64,000 nt of DNA from a virus. Taxonomy: Duplodnaviria; Caudoviricetes. Of the stretch, positions 51,444 to 61,303 are shown one piece after another. The stretch spans positions 1-64,000 of the IMG/VR virus record IMGVR_UViG_2593339273_000007; one strand, written 5' to 3'. The position numbers and the translations under genes are program-made. The notes under the pieces are model-generated. The model did not search any database. It was not told where the DNA came from and saw nothing but the letters and a program-made list of their open reading frames with translations. Each line of letters begins with the position of its first letter. The first letter of the stretch is position 1.

Positions 51444-51904
51444 TATTTACCACCCGTAATCTCATCCAATATTCTTTTACCTTCTTTTTCTAATGTTTCT
51501 TTTCCTACCTTCATAGCATTTCTAAGCATAAATTTACCTGGAACAAATAGTATTTTTCCATCATCACCAACTACACTCTTACGTCTACGCTTAGATGGTT
51601 TAAGTCCCATACCTGCCCTAGTCCTATGACCGTATTCAACATCCCAAGCATAGTATTCCCCCTTAGACTGTACATCGTTATATATTTCAACCGAATCTCC
51701 TAAATCTCTTATTTTCCATCCACGTCTTAGATTTCCTGCCGTTTTAGCTTTAGGATTTTTATTCACCGGAGTATTTTCAACCACGTCTTCAAGTATTTCA
51801 GTAGCAACAGTCATTTTTAATTTATCAAATTCTTCAGGTATTTTCTTTTCAATATTTTCAAGTCGTTTTATTAACTCATCCATTCCCTCAAATTCAAAAC
51901 TCAT
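51443..51904 (-). CDS. HK97 gp10-like neck protein (start probably MSFEF at 51904)
   Basis: NTPV...GNLRRGW...YAWDVEYGHR...VPGKFML. Confidence 0.88.
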   Translation of the reverse strand: MSFEFEGMDELIKRLENIEKKIPEEFDKLKMTVATEILEDVVENTPVNKNPKAKTAGNLRRGWKIRDLGDSVEIYNDVQSKGEYYAWDVEYGHRTRAGMGLKPSKRRRKSVVGDDGKILFVPGKFMLRNAMKVGKETLEKEGKRILDEITGGK

Positions 51905-52236
51905 TATACTCTCTCCTTCAGCGTTACCGGAATCTCTAAATGTGACGCCCACTTAAAAGGTATACCTGCCACACAATCATATACACGACCTAAATGAGTT
52001 ATAACAAGTTTATCACCCTCTATAACATCTTCTTCAGGTCGTGTATACACTGTATAATCAATAACTATTTCATTATCGTGATATCCTGTGGTCGCCTTAT
52101 CTAGTTCACAAAGCACATTAGATTTAATAGTTTGTGGCTTCATTGTAGTTAAGTGTGAATCATCTTCTATTTCCATGTGTCTAATTATATCCATTCTATC
52201 ATGGTAGGTACTTGCCAATATGTCTGATTCTCTCAC
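51904..52236 (-). CDS. Head closure/head-tail adaptor
   Basis: Synteny; GDKLVIT...SHLEIPV pattern. Confidence 0.7.
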   Translation of the reverse strand: MRESDILASTYHDRMDIIRHMEIEDDSHLTTMKPQTIKSNVLCELDKATTGYHDNEIVIDYTVYTRPEEDVIEGDKLVITHLGRVYDCVAGIPFKWASHLEIPVTLKERV

Positions 52237-52608
52237 TTAGTTACCTCCATTCATTCTGATAGTTCCGACTTTCTTAAACCTTATTAAATGCGTTTTATAT
52301 TTACTTATCAAATCATCCACACTTGTTATTTTAGTGTTAGTACTAACATTATATTCTATTTTCGTATTCCCTCTAGTTATGGATTTAATCCCACCTGTAT
52401 TTTGAGTATCTTGACCACTAGAAGATAGTGATTTATTATACTCAGCCAGCATCTCCACAATAACAAGTTCTAATTCGGTTGGTATATCTTCCCTATTACA
52501 ATAGTTTTTTATCTTTTGAATTAGGATATCGAGAACGAGAGATATAGTTATCTCGTTCTCGATAGTTCCTACTAATATCTTGAGTTTTTCAATTATTCTC
52601 TCGTTCAT
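52237..52608 (-). CDS. Head-tail connector (gp6/gp15-like)
   Basis: IKNYCNREDIP.EL and IKSITRGNTKIEY motifs. Confidence 0.85.
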   Translation of the reverse strand: MNERIIEKLKILVGTIENEITISLVLDILIQKIKNYCNREDIPTELELVIVEMLAEYNKSLSSSGQDTQNTGGIKSITRGNTKIEYNVSTNTKITSVDDLISKYKTHLIRFKKVGTIRMNGGN

Positions 52609-52619
52609 CTAAATCACCC

Positions 52620-53465
52620 CTAAACAGCTTTTATCTGACAAGTAAAATTAACCAATGCCTTTGGTTCAATAACTTTTGTACCATAAACAAATAACCCTTT
52701 TACCGCATCAGCAAAAGTTTTTTCTGGTCTGTATGGCTCTATCTTTGTTATCTGACCTGCATAGCTAATTGCTTGGTCTGTTCCAGCCATTATTGAATAC
52801 TTCTTAGTTGATACAGGCACGTTATTAGACATTCTAAGGTTAAACCCTGCTACATCAGCACCATCCACTACACCATTTTCTAGCACTTTGAAATCCTTAG
52901 TGAATCTTGGGTCTTTTGATAACATCCCTAAATACCAAGCTGGTATAATGGCAAATCTGCCGGCTCTTGTTACATTATTTTCATCTAGTTTAACAGCCAA
53001 ATCAACTAACTGATCATAAGCGTTCGCTACTTCAATATCAACAGGTGCTGACGAAGTACCAACTTTTATTCCTGCATCTTTTACAAAACTCGCTATATGT
53101 TGATCTATTACATCACCAATCGCATATGATGCTCTATCCATAGCTTTATCAACTAACTTAATATTCGCTTGAGCTGCGTCGATATCGTCAACTTTAAAGT
53201 TAAAATATTTCGCTTGGTCTATAACTAGTTCCTGTTGAGTTGAAGTTATTTCTTCTGGGTCTGCAAGCTTCTTTGCTGCACCATCACCAGTTAAATAATC
53301 TTTTATTGAGATAGGTCCAATCTGATTAATTTTAACCTTATCACCCAAATTTTTGATTTCCCCTTCGTAGTCATGATTTACCACATTAGCATACACTAAT
53401 TTTTTATCTAAGTTTGCAAGTAGCCTAGCACTCCACAGTGTAGGTATAAAATTCTTTACTGTCAT
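52620..53465 (-). CDS. Major capsid protein
   Basis: FIPTLWSARLL, YEGEI..GD.VKI and FADAVKGL.VYG motifs; follows the scaffold gene. Confidence 0.9.
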   Translation of the reverse strand: MTVKNFIPTLWSARLLANLDKKLVYANVVNHDYEGEIKNLGDKVKINQIGPISIKDYLTGDGAAKKLADPEEITSTQQELVIDQAKYFNFKVDDIDAAQANIKLVDKAMDRASYAIGDVIDQHIASFVKDAGIKVGTSSAPVDIEVANAYDQLVDLAVKLDENNVTRAGRFAIIPAWYLGMLSKDPRFTKDFKVLENGVVDGADVAGFNLRMSNNVPVSTKKYSIMAGTDQAISYAGQITKIEPYRPEKTFADAVKGLFVYGTKVIEPKALVNFTCQIKAV

Positions 53466-53486
53466 ATTAATTCACCATTACCTTTC

Positions 53487-54116
53487 TTATAACTTCATGC
53501 CTTTGATTGAATCCCAATTTGCATTGATTTCATCAATAGACATACCCTTTAGCTTATCCACAGATATCGTAGTATTCTTGTCAGTAGTCTTGGGTGTTTT
53601 TCCTTTTAACCTCTCAGTAACAGCCTTTTCTACTGCACTATCAAACTTTTCTTTAAACAGCTTGATATTTTCATTTGTAGATTCAGCATTTTCACCCATT
53701 AAAAAAGAACTAAATTCAACATCAAGCCCTTGTTTACCAAGTTCTTTTACTGTCTCTAGTTCCAATTGGTCTCTCTGAAATTTTGCCCTCTCTGATTCAA
53801 ACTTTTCCTTTTCTTTCTCAAACTGTGCCTTTGCTCTTTCATCTGCTGTCATCTTAGCAAGCTTCTCAGCTTCTGACTTTTCCTTTTCTAGTTTCTCCTG
53901 GTACTCTTTTTCCCATTTAGCTCTAGACGATTCCATCGCCTGTGTAACCCTTTTATCAGATTCAGATTGAATTAATTTCTGTAGTTCCTCATCTGTGTAA
54001 GTTTTACTCTCTGGCTTGTTTTCTTCTGGTGGATTCTCACCACCATTACCAGCTCCTGTATCTTCTGCCAGTAGCTGTAAATTCATTCTTAATAGTCCCT
54101 GTAAGTTATTTTTCAT
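53487..54116 (-). CDS. Capsid scaffolding protein (DUF4355)
   Basis: MNLQLLAE, EAEKLAKMTADERA and V.ERLKGKTP motifs. Confidence 0.9.
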   Translation of the reverse strand: MKNNLQGLLRMNLQLLAEDTGAGNGGENPPEENKPESKTYTDEELQKLIQSESDKRVTQAMESSRAKWEKEYQEKLEKEKSEAEKLAKMTADERAKAQFEKEKEKFESERAKFQRDQLELETVKELGKQGLDVEFSSFLMGENAESTNENIKLFKEKFDSAVEKAVTERLKGKTPKTTDKNTTISVDKLKGMSIDEINANWDSIKGMKL

Positions 54117-54185
54117 CCCTTATAGTTACTCCTTTCATTGTAATAAAATAAGACCTTTTAACGTCGTGTCTAGGACGATTGTATT

Positions 54186-54220
54186 AAAAAAAGCACCTCA
54201 ACATTTACTGTTAAAGTGCT
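54186..54220 (-). terminator. Intrinsic terminator after the YjcQ-like gene
   Basis: AAGCAC...GTGCTT stem followed by T7 on the minus strand. Confidence 0.65.
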
Positions 54221-54531
54221 TATATAAATGGTGTGATGTCTTTAACATCTTTCAAACCATTCTTAATCTTTTGCATTGTAGAATTTTCTTGTAAAAACTC
54301 CATACCCTTGATTGTTAATCTAGGCTCTATTGCTTTAAATCCATATCCACCGCAATAATTAACTCTTGCAAAGCCATCAATTAAATCATCATCAATCATT
54401 GACTGAAGTATTTTATTGCGTCTTTCTTCGCTTATTTTTAATGCTTCTAGAAATGTTCCATCAAATATATTGCTATCCATAGATTCTTCAATTCCTACAA
54501 GAATTTTATAAACTATTTTGAGATTGTCCAC
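54220..54531 (-). CDS. YjcQ-like protein
   Basis: IVYKIL...LTIKGMEFLQENSTMQK motif. Confidence 0.85.
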   Translation of the reverse strand: MDNLKIVYKILVGIEESMDSNIFDGTFLEALKISEERRNKILQSMIDDDLIDGFARVNYCGGYGFKAIEPRLTIKGMEFLQENSTMQKIKNGLKDVKDITPFI

Positions 54532-54695
54532 TATATCACCTCTTCAATATCATCTAGTTTTACATCTATATCTTCCCAAGTATATTCATCATTACCAACA
54601 GTAACTAAAAAGACTTCATAATCTCCATATATCTCCATTACGTCACCTTCTCTACCGTCTTTTAATCTAACTCTATCATACTGTTTTATTTTCAT
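54531..54695 (-). CDS. Small acidic protein (54 aa), putative MuF toxin immunity
   Basis: GAGGTG RBS; MKIKQYDRVRLKDGREGDVMEIY...IEEVI*; directly after the MuF gene; missing from the ORF track. Confidence 0.7.
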   Translation of the reverse strand: MKIKQYDRVRLKDGREGDVMEIYGDYEVFLVTVGNDEYTWEDIDVKLDDIEEVI

Positions 54696-54696
54696 A

Positions 54697-56259
54697 TTAC
54701 TTCACCTCTTCAATTATCACAGTAGTTAAGTGTGTTTTATCCTTATCTACACCCCAACCTACTTTTACATTAGTTGGTATCCCGTCTTTATTGTACATGA
54801 TAATTTTTTGTTCATACCTAGTTACATGACCATTGCTACCTTTATTTACAACTGGATTTTCTTTAGCCTTTTTAAGTATATCTTTTTCGAACTCTTTATA
54901 ATTATCTATGTTGTAGCCCAGCCTTTTTTCAATTAACTTTCCTTTATTCAAGCCACTTACGTTGTTGCCACCAAATAGATATTTTTCAAATTTATTTTTG
55001 TCAATTGTTGCGGTGTCAACGTTAGGCAACTTCAGTTCAGGATTATTTTTAAGCTTCATTCTCCTAGTGTAATCAACACTTCTTAACCTTCTATCTCTTT
55101 CACTTTCATTATACTTTAAATCTTGGTAATTATCAAAACTTTTAGGAACTTGTACGCCTACATTTTTATACATTTCAAACTGTTTTTTATCACTATGTCT
55201 GTTCTTCCACTTCTTTTCTTCAATCAAATATTCAGGATTACTTTCAACATACTTCTTATACCACTCTTTATAATTTAAAGACTTATCTACCTTTACCTCA
55301 TTACCATCTTTATCCCTTGCTGTTCTAGTTCCTTCTAACTTTCCTGTATATGGTGCTGTTGCACTTCGGCATCTGGGGTGCATTGGTGGATAGTTAACAC
55401 CTGCTTGAGCTTCAGATACTAGATATATTTCGTGGTCTAATTCCCTACAAGTATCAGATGTTCTAAAGTCAAGAGTAGCTATATAAATGTATTTTTGAAC
55501 ATTCATAGCTTCGTATGCTTTTTTAGTTCCGAGTCCACTGAAATATGCTTGTTCAGTGTGAATTAGTGTGGCTGCTGCTTTTTTACTAACATCTATTTTT
55601 TTAGTGATCTTATCTATTGCATCCTCAGTGTCTACACCTTGAATAGCTGACTGTATTATTATTTCCTCCAAAGTATCCTTTAACAAAGTTCTGTTTTTCC
55701 ATATCCTCTCACTAAAATTTTTGCCACTCCAGGGTTTAGCAAACTCTTTTAATATTTCAGCTTTAGATAATACATTTAGATTTTTAACAGTCACTTCACT
55801 GGCCACACTAACATCAAATAAAGTTTTAAAATAATTTGATTTAGTAGATTCATATAATAATCCCTCTACTTTTTCATCAGTAAATTTAAAAACACCATCT
55901 ATATGCTTTTGTATCTCAAAGAATGATTGTTCAAGTCGTGAAATTCGGCTTCTAGCTGACAGCGTATTGAGTTCTAACAGAATATTAGGGTTATCTATCA
56001 TTTCCATATATTCAGCAAGCTCTCGTTTGAATTTAGTGTATTCTTTACCAGTTAAAAGTTTTATAGCTAAATCATAATCTATCTCATTATTTTCAGAAAA
56101 CCTATAAAATATCATTGCTATTTCTTTTTCTATCTTTTTCAAACAATTCTCAAATTGCTCATTAACCAACCTAATTACTTCATCAGAATCCCTCAAATCT
56201 TCGAGTTGCCTTTCTTTAGCTCTTTTAATCCAGTAGTCCGATATTTTAACTTTCGGCAT
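54697..56259 (-). CDS. MuF/SPP1 gp7 minor capsid protein with a C-terminal toxin-like extension
   Basis: ATLDFRTSDTC and NYPPMHPRCRS MuF motifs plus an extra C-terminal ~115-aa domain. Confidence 0.88.
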   Translation of the reverse strand: MPKVKISDYWIKRAKERQLEDLRDSDEVIRLVNEQFENCLKKIEKEIAMIFYRFSENNEIDYDLAIKLLTGKEYTKFKRELAEYMEMIDNPNILLELNTLSARSRISRLEQSFFEIQKHIDGVFKFTDEKVEGLLYESTKSNYFKTLFDVSVASEVTVKNLNVLSKAEILKEFAKPWSGKNFSERIWKNRTLLKDTLEEIIIQSAIQGVDTEDAIDKITKKIDVSKKAAATLIHTEQAYFSGLGTKKAYEAMNVQKYIYIATLDFRTSDTCRELDHEIYLVSEAQAGVNYPPMHPRCRSATAPYTGKLEGTRTARDKDGNEVKVDKSLNYKEWYKKYVESNPEYLIEEKKWKNRHSDKKQFEMYKNVGVQVPKSFDNYQDLKYNESERDRRLRSVDYTRRMKLKNNPELKLPNVDTATIDKNKFEKYLFGGNNVSGLNKGKLIEKRLGYNIDNYKEFEKDILKKAKENPVVNKGSNGHVTRYEQKIIMYNKDGIPTNVKVGWGVDKDKTHLTTVIIEEVK

Positions 56260-57553
56260 TTACATCAACCCCTATATTGTAAGGTTCTTCAACTGTCAAA
56301 TCCTCTTCCTTTTTCTTTTTCTCAATCTCTTCAACGGCATTTTCAACAAATGGCAACTGATTAATTAATGTCTCATTGCTGAGATAAGGAGATAAATTTT
56401 TGATTGTTTGAGACAGTTCATATACATTTTGTGGCAGCGTATTTGAAAACTTAATCTGAATATCAGTGAATAAATCTATATCTTTTTCAAGGCTAAGGGT
56501 ATTACAAATAAGCTCTATTCGTCTTTGTAGACCTTTTTTAAACTTACGTTCTTTATTCGACCTTATCTGTTCCATTGCAAGGATTTTATATCTTATAGAT
56601 ACACCACTAAGATTATTACCAAAGCTTTCATCTTGCATATCTGGAGTGTATGAAAATTTATGTATGTCTCGCCTTAATCTATCCTTGTAGTTCTCAACCC
56701 AGCTATCATTTACATCTTTAATTAGCCATTTAGCATCTCCCTCACTATCAAGTAATAAAACCCTTTCTTTTCTTAATTCATCAATATCATCTGAATTTGT
56801 ACCATTCATATTTACCAAAACTAAAAACGCATCGGTAAACTGATCCATATCGTTTAATGTGTTTGACTGTGATTTATTATATGCATCTATCAAGTGTATC
56901 GCCTGTTCAAAATCTCCCTGCTCTTCTTTGTTGTTAACATACTCTACAACTGGAACATCATTAAATGTATGCTCAGCTACATCTTCAAGTTTTAAATCGG
57001 TATCTTTCCCTTTATAAATCCAACAGGCATCTTTATCATAAACTTCAACGAATGTGACTTTATCATTACCATCACCCACATCATAATACCTAATTGCAAA
57101 TTTAATACTTGGGGATATTGTCATATCATATATTACAAACATATTTGATGGGTCAATCTCATTAAATCTTATCTTGGCATTTTCATCACGATATAATAAT
57201 TCATATGCTTTTCCTTTGATGCTACAAATTTTGGCAAGCTCTAAATTTTCTTCCTGTTCATCTGAATAATCAAATATACCCTGTAATTCATCAATTAACT
57301 TATTATTTCCTTTGCTTGAATAACTTATCGGTTGGCCTACAAAATAACCTACAAGCATATCAGTAATGTACTTAGGATATGGATTAACTATCTTATTATT
57401 AGGCAAACCATCATCACGTTTGACATTTAAAATATCGTGCTTACCCTCGTAATAATTTTGTAGCTTGAGATATCTAGCACATTCAACTTTATGCTTTTTA
57501 ATAAACTTTTGTATATCGTCTATACTCAATTCGTCTTTATCTGTTCTAAACAA
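56246..57553 (-). CDS. SPP1-type portal protein
   Basis: YYEGKHDIL, GYFVGQP, IDAYN..QS and SGVSIRYK motifs. Confidence 0.95.
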   Translation of the reverse strand: MFRTDKDELSIDDIQKFIKKHKVECARYLKLQNYYEGKHDILNVKRDDGLPNNKIVNPYPKYITDMLVGYFVGQPISYSSKGNNKLIDELQGIFDYSDEQEENLELAKICSIKGKAYELLYRDENAKIRFNEIDPSNMFVIYDMTISPSIKFAIRYYDVGDGNDKVTFVEVYDKDACWIYKGKDTDLKLEDVAEHTFNDVPVVEYVNNKEEQGDFEQAIHLIDAYNKSQSNTLNDMDQFTDAFLVLVNMNGTNSDDIDELRKERVLLLDSEGDAKWLIKDVNDSWVENYKDRLRRDIHKFSYTPDMQDESFGNNLSGVSIRYKILAMEQIRSNKERKFKKGLQRRIELICNTLSLEKDIDLFTDIQIKFSNTLPQNVYELSQTIKNLSPYLSNETLINQLPFVENAVEEIEKKKKEEDLTVEEPYNIGVDVNAES

Positions 57554-57565
57554 TGTAACACCTCC

Positions 57566-58981
57566 TTACAATCCTAACTTAGATTTATTCATAGTCTTGA
57601 ACTTCTTATTATTTTTAACTATTGATTCTGCAATACCTGTTAGGCAGTCTGCACAGTCATCGTGTTTATTCTTTCCTTCTCGCTGATATTTAATTACATC
57701 TTTTGCAAACTCAGGCCATTTATTCCTCCAAGTAGATGGAACGTAAATATGTTGATTTACCCATGAACTGTTTGACAATATCCTAGCTTTCTTATTTTCT
57801 GATTGATGAAACCACTTAACAACTGTTTTATTAGTTGCTAGTTTATCTCTCATGATTCTTTCAACATTTCTTGCGTAACTTCTACCACCATTATTCGATT
57901 CAATAAAAGATACATTAATATTATCTCTTGCCATCATTTCAGCTTGTTTCACTTCTGTAGTTTCCATTGACTCTTTTGTGTATAAAACATCTATAATATA
58001 TGCTTCATCATCAAAAGTTATTCCAAAATCAATGCTACATAAATAATCATCTCCAGTGTCAGCTGTATCCGTATAATTACATCGATATTTAAACTCTGGC
58101 AATTTGTCATATGTCTTGAGATTGTATAATTGACCTTTTAAATCTATTGGCTCCTGCTGGTAGTTTGCACTAGCTATATCTTCCCCCATTGCCTTAGTTT
58201 TTAGTTCATAGGTTTTTTTTGAAAGTATTTCATTACAAAGCATTGTTCCATCATCCTGCATGGCTTTCATGTTAATGTGTTTTATATTAAACCCTAAATC
58301 AGGCAGTTCAGCTAATGCCTTACCTGCTAAATCATCACTAGCCCATCTTGTCATTATAATTATGATTTTTCCATTTTCCTCAAGCCTAGATAACATCGTA
58401 TTGGTAAACCAATCCCAATGTTTTTCTTTTACAGACTCATTATAGGCTTCCTCAGCGTTTTTAATGAGGTCATCAATAATTAATATGCTTGCACCAAACC
58501 CAGTGGCTGTACCGGTTGGTGATGTTGCCAGATAATTATTATATCCACCTTCAAGCGACCACAAATTCATGGATCCATCGCCCTTTTTTATTCGTCTATC
58601 CGGAAATATATCTGAATACACAACTTTAGTACTATCAGCCTTTTCTTCCTGTATTGAATTTCTGACATTCTTAGAAAATACAGTAGACAATGTTTCGTTG
58701 TATGACCCTGTCATTATTTTCTCCTCTGGGTGCTCCCCAAGTATCCACTCGACAAAACAGCCAGCTGTTCTAGACTTACCATGTCTAGGCGGCTCATTGA
58801 TTATCAAAACATCATAATCATTTTGCTCATAAAAGTCTTGTAGTTCATTGCAGAGGTCAACTAGGAATTTTCTATTCGGTTTATAGAAATCCGGAGCTTT
58901 AAGATTACAATAAAAAAAGAACTCACGTCTTGCAAGTTCTATCTTTGCCCTTTGTCTTATTAAGTGCTTATCCATCATCAA
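57566..58981 (-). CDS. terL: Terminase large subunit
   Basis: PPRHGKS, IIDD, MTRW and HDD motifs. Confidence 0.95.
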   Translation of the reverse strand: MMMDKHLIRQRAKIELARREFFFYCNLKAPDFYKPNRKFLVDLCNELQDFYEQNDYDVLIINEPPRHGKSRTAGCFVEWILGEHPEEKIMTGSYNETLSTVFSKNVRNSIQEEKADSTKVVYSDIFPDRRIKKGDGSMNLWSLEGGYNNYLATSPTGTATGFGASILIIDDLIKNAEEAYNESVKEKHWDWFTNTMLSRLEENGKIIIIMTRWASDDLAGKALAELPDLGFNIKHINMKAMQDDGTMLCNEILSKKTYELKTKAMGEDIASANYQQEPIDLKGQLYNLKTYDKLPEFKYRCNYTDTADTGDDYLCSIDFGITFDDEAYIIDVLYTKESMETTEVKQAEMMARDNINVSFIESNNGGRSYARNVERIMRDKLATNKTVVKWFHQSENKKARILSNSSWVNQHIYVPSTWRNKWPEFAKDVIKYQREGKNKHDDCADCLTGIAESIVKNNKKFKTMNKSKLGL

Positions 58982-59438
58982 TACCAGCTATTTTTAATAG
59001 CTCTTCCTTAGTCATTTCTTTGAATTGGTCATTTTGATTCATATCCACTTTAGCCTCTAAGTCTTTTCTATCTCTCCAAATATCAGGTCTTCTATTCTTC
59101 AACCAGAAAATCTGAGCTGTAGTATCTGGCTGCACCTCTTTCACAACTTCTTTAGTAATAACCATCTTTGTTCCAACTAGTTCTCTTGTTGTTTCAGTAT
59201 AACTATATCCTAATGCCCTTTTTAGTAAAGCATTCTCAACTTGCCTATCAACAACTTCTTTTCCCTTTTTTAGGGCCTCCGAAATCTCCGAATACTTCTT
59301 TTTCCAGTCATAAAGAGTAGATGTTCTAACCCCCATATTCTTTGCAATTTGTTCGTCTGTTAGACCATCTCTTGCCCAACCTTCAAGCTTTAGCAAGCCT
59401 TCAGGCTCTAGCCATTCTTGATATTTACCTTTAGCCAT
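58968..59438 (-). CDS. terS: Terminase small subunit (start probably MAKGK)
   Basis: GWARDGLTDEQIA HTH, VENALLKRALG and PDTTAQIFWLKNR motifs. Confidence 0.88.
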   Translation of the reverse strand: MAKGKYQEWLEPEGLLKLEGWARDGLTDEQIAKNMGVRTSTLYDWKKKYSEISEALKKGKEVVDRQVENALLKRALGYSYTETTRELVGTKMVITKEVVKEVQPDTTAQIFWLKNRRPDIWRDRKDLEAKVDMNQNDQFKEMTKEELLKIAGIDDG

Positions 59439-59495
59439 CAGACTCACCACCTTTCTCAACTTTTGCACGTTTTAATCAATCTTTTTATTTGCACG

Positions 59496-59523
59496 AAAAA
59501 AGGACCTCTCTGGGTCCTTTTTT
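59496..59523 (-). terminator. Intrinsic terminator after the two-gene moron
   Basis: AAAAAAGGACC-N6-GGTCCTTTTTT. Confidence 0.8.
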
Positions 59524-59554
59524 TCTTATAAGTTATTAGTCATCATTACTATAT

Positions 59555-60085
59555 CTAATGTAATTTTTCTATATCATCCTTCATATTTTCCAACTCGTCT
59601 TTAGTGAACGGACACCTATCATCATACACAATCTTTATTATACTCTTTATTTTACTTGATGACTTAATAAATAGGCTGACTCCTACTATGGTTAATACTA
59701 TAAGTACATAGGTCGCAATTTTAAAAATCACAATATTTTTTAGAATGCCTAAAATCAATATCAAATATAGCGCCGAGGAAAGAGAGATTGATACTACTGA
59801 AAATTTAAAGTTAATAGATACTAACCTTTCTCTTTCGGCAATTATTCCGCTCCCTCTTAATTCTTGAATTATACTTTCAGATGTAACACTCAGTATTTTA
59901 CTTTCATTATTCGTACTAAACCCACATAATATTGAATTGATAGTTATAAAAAAAAGAAATATATTACCAAAATCATTAATCCTCACTATTGTATTTTTAA
60001 TGAAAAGAAAGCACATACATACCAACACAATTAGCACAATTAGATACTTAAATATTTTTTTCATTTTCAGCCCTCCCCCCATCAA
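59555..60085 (-). CDS. Four-TM membrane protein (moron gene B)
   Basis: Four hydrophobic segments; coupled to the upstream 316-aa gene. Confidence 0.75.
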   Translation of the reverse strand: MMGGGLKMKKIFKYLIVLIVLVCMCFLFIKNTIVRINDFGNIFLFFITINSILCGFSTNNESKILSVTSESIIQELRGSGIIAERERLVSINFKFSVVSISLSSALYLILILGILKNIVIFKIATYVLIVLTIVGVSLFIKSSSKIKSIIKIVYDDRCPFTKDELENMKDDIEKLH

Positions 60086-60093
60086 AGAGAATA

Positions 60094-61044
60094 CTATTTT
60101 TTCATTTTACTAAATATTTCCTTCTTTTCATTGTATGCTGTTTTCAAAGCTGATAGATATTCTGTTTTTAATTCTTCCAAATCATGAGAATGTTTCCTTC
60201 CATTCTCATATCTGTATAGTTTTACATCAATCGTGTATTTATAATACAAGGACATTAAATCATATTCTTGTTTCTTTTCATTTTTAGTGCTACCTTTTAT
60301 TTTAGCTTTGTTTAGTTTTTTGGCTTTTACACCTTCCTTAAGAGAATCTATTGCATTCCTTACAACATCTTTATTATCTAATATAAATTTATCTCTATCA
60401 GCTTTTAAATATATACCCACCTTATTTTTATTCTCTTGCATTTGAAGTAGCGTCTTATCATCTAAATTTAATATATGCTTCAAGAAAGAGCTATCTATAT
60501 CAGCAGATTCAAACTCTATAGATTTTATTTTTGAATAGTCATTTTTATAAAACGCATTTAACCCATATTCATTAGGTATTGGAAATGAAGATACTACTCC
60601 TTCACCCTCAAAAATATTCACTATATCATTAAAACTAAAATGTTTCGCCCCTCCTTTAGTATTCGTAATGCATAAAATGTTACTTGAATACACAAAATAA
60701 AAATAATTAACTAACTGAATTCCTCTCTTTATCTCCTCTTCTGCCGTCAAAACATCCTCAAGTGAACCACTTTCATAATCTCTTTTACCTATTGTTCCAG
60801 CTTTGCTCGGTCTGCCTAACCTTCCAAAGAAAAAAGTTTTATTGTGTTCCAAAACATCAAGAACAATTCTTTTTTCATCATCTTCTTCGTTCTTATCGTA
60901 CAAGTTTATGCTGATATACTCACTCTTTGATTTACCATGTTTCTTTCCATGTTTCTCTATAATGTTTTTATGTTTTAAATAAAGACTTTCTTTTTCATTT
61001 TCTCTAATTTTAACATCATAAAAATACACCGTCTTAACCGCCAT
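60094..61044 (-). CDS. Soluble 316-aa hypothetical protein (moron gene A, DUF4747/DUF6731-like)
   Basis: Long ORF with RBS; KTVYFY...FFFGRL...NYFYF pattern; AT-rich. Confidence 0.7.
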   Translation of the reverse strand: MAVKTVYFYDVKIRENEKESLYLKHKNIIEKHGKKHGKSKSEYISINLYDKNEEDDEKRIVLDVLEHNKTFFFGRLGRPSKAGTIGKRDYESGSLEDVLTAEEEIKRGIQLVNYFYFVYSSNILCITNTKGGAKHFSFNDIVNIFEGEGVVSSFPIPNEYGLNAFYKNDYSKIKSIEFESADIDSSFLKHILNLDDKTLLQMQENKNKVGIYLKADRDKFILDNKDVVRNAIDSLKEGVKAKKLNKAKIKGSTKNEKKQEYDLMSLYYKYTIDVKLYRYENGRKHSHDLEELKTEYLSALKTAYNEKKEIFSKMKK

Positions 61045-61081
61045 TAACTATTTTCCCCCTAATATAATCATTCTTACCCTA

Positions 61082-61110
61082 ACTATACCAGAGGAAAATA
61101 TTTTCCACAA
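61082..61110 (-). promoter_or_regulatory. Sigma70-type promoter of the moron
   Basis: TTGTGG-17 bp-TATAGT with TG extension. Confidence 0.6.
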
Positions 61111-61145
61111 TATATTATTGTCAAATTTTCTAGAAAAATTCAACG

Positions 61146-61180
61146 AAAAAAGAACATCCTGCCCAAGATGTCCTTTTTTT
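61146..61180 (-). terminator. Intrinsic terminator upstream of the moron
   Basis: AAAAAAGAACATC...GATGTCCTTTTTT hairpin. Confidence 0.65.
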
Positions 61181-61303
61181 GAATAAATTATTTTAGGGAG
61201 GTCATGAAGCCCGTCTACTTAAGTCAAAGAAGGTGGTAATTAGTGATTCACAATGACTACCACCCTCAACTTCCACAATACCATAATATCACATTTCTAT
61301 GGC

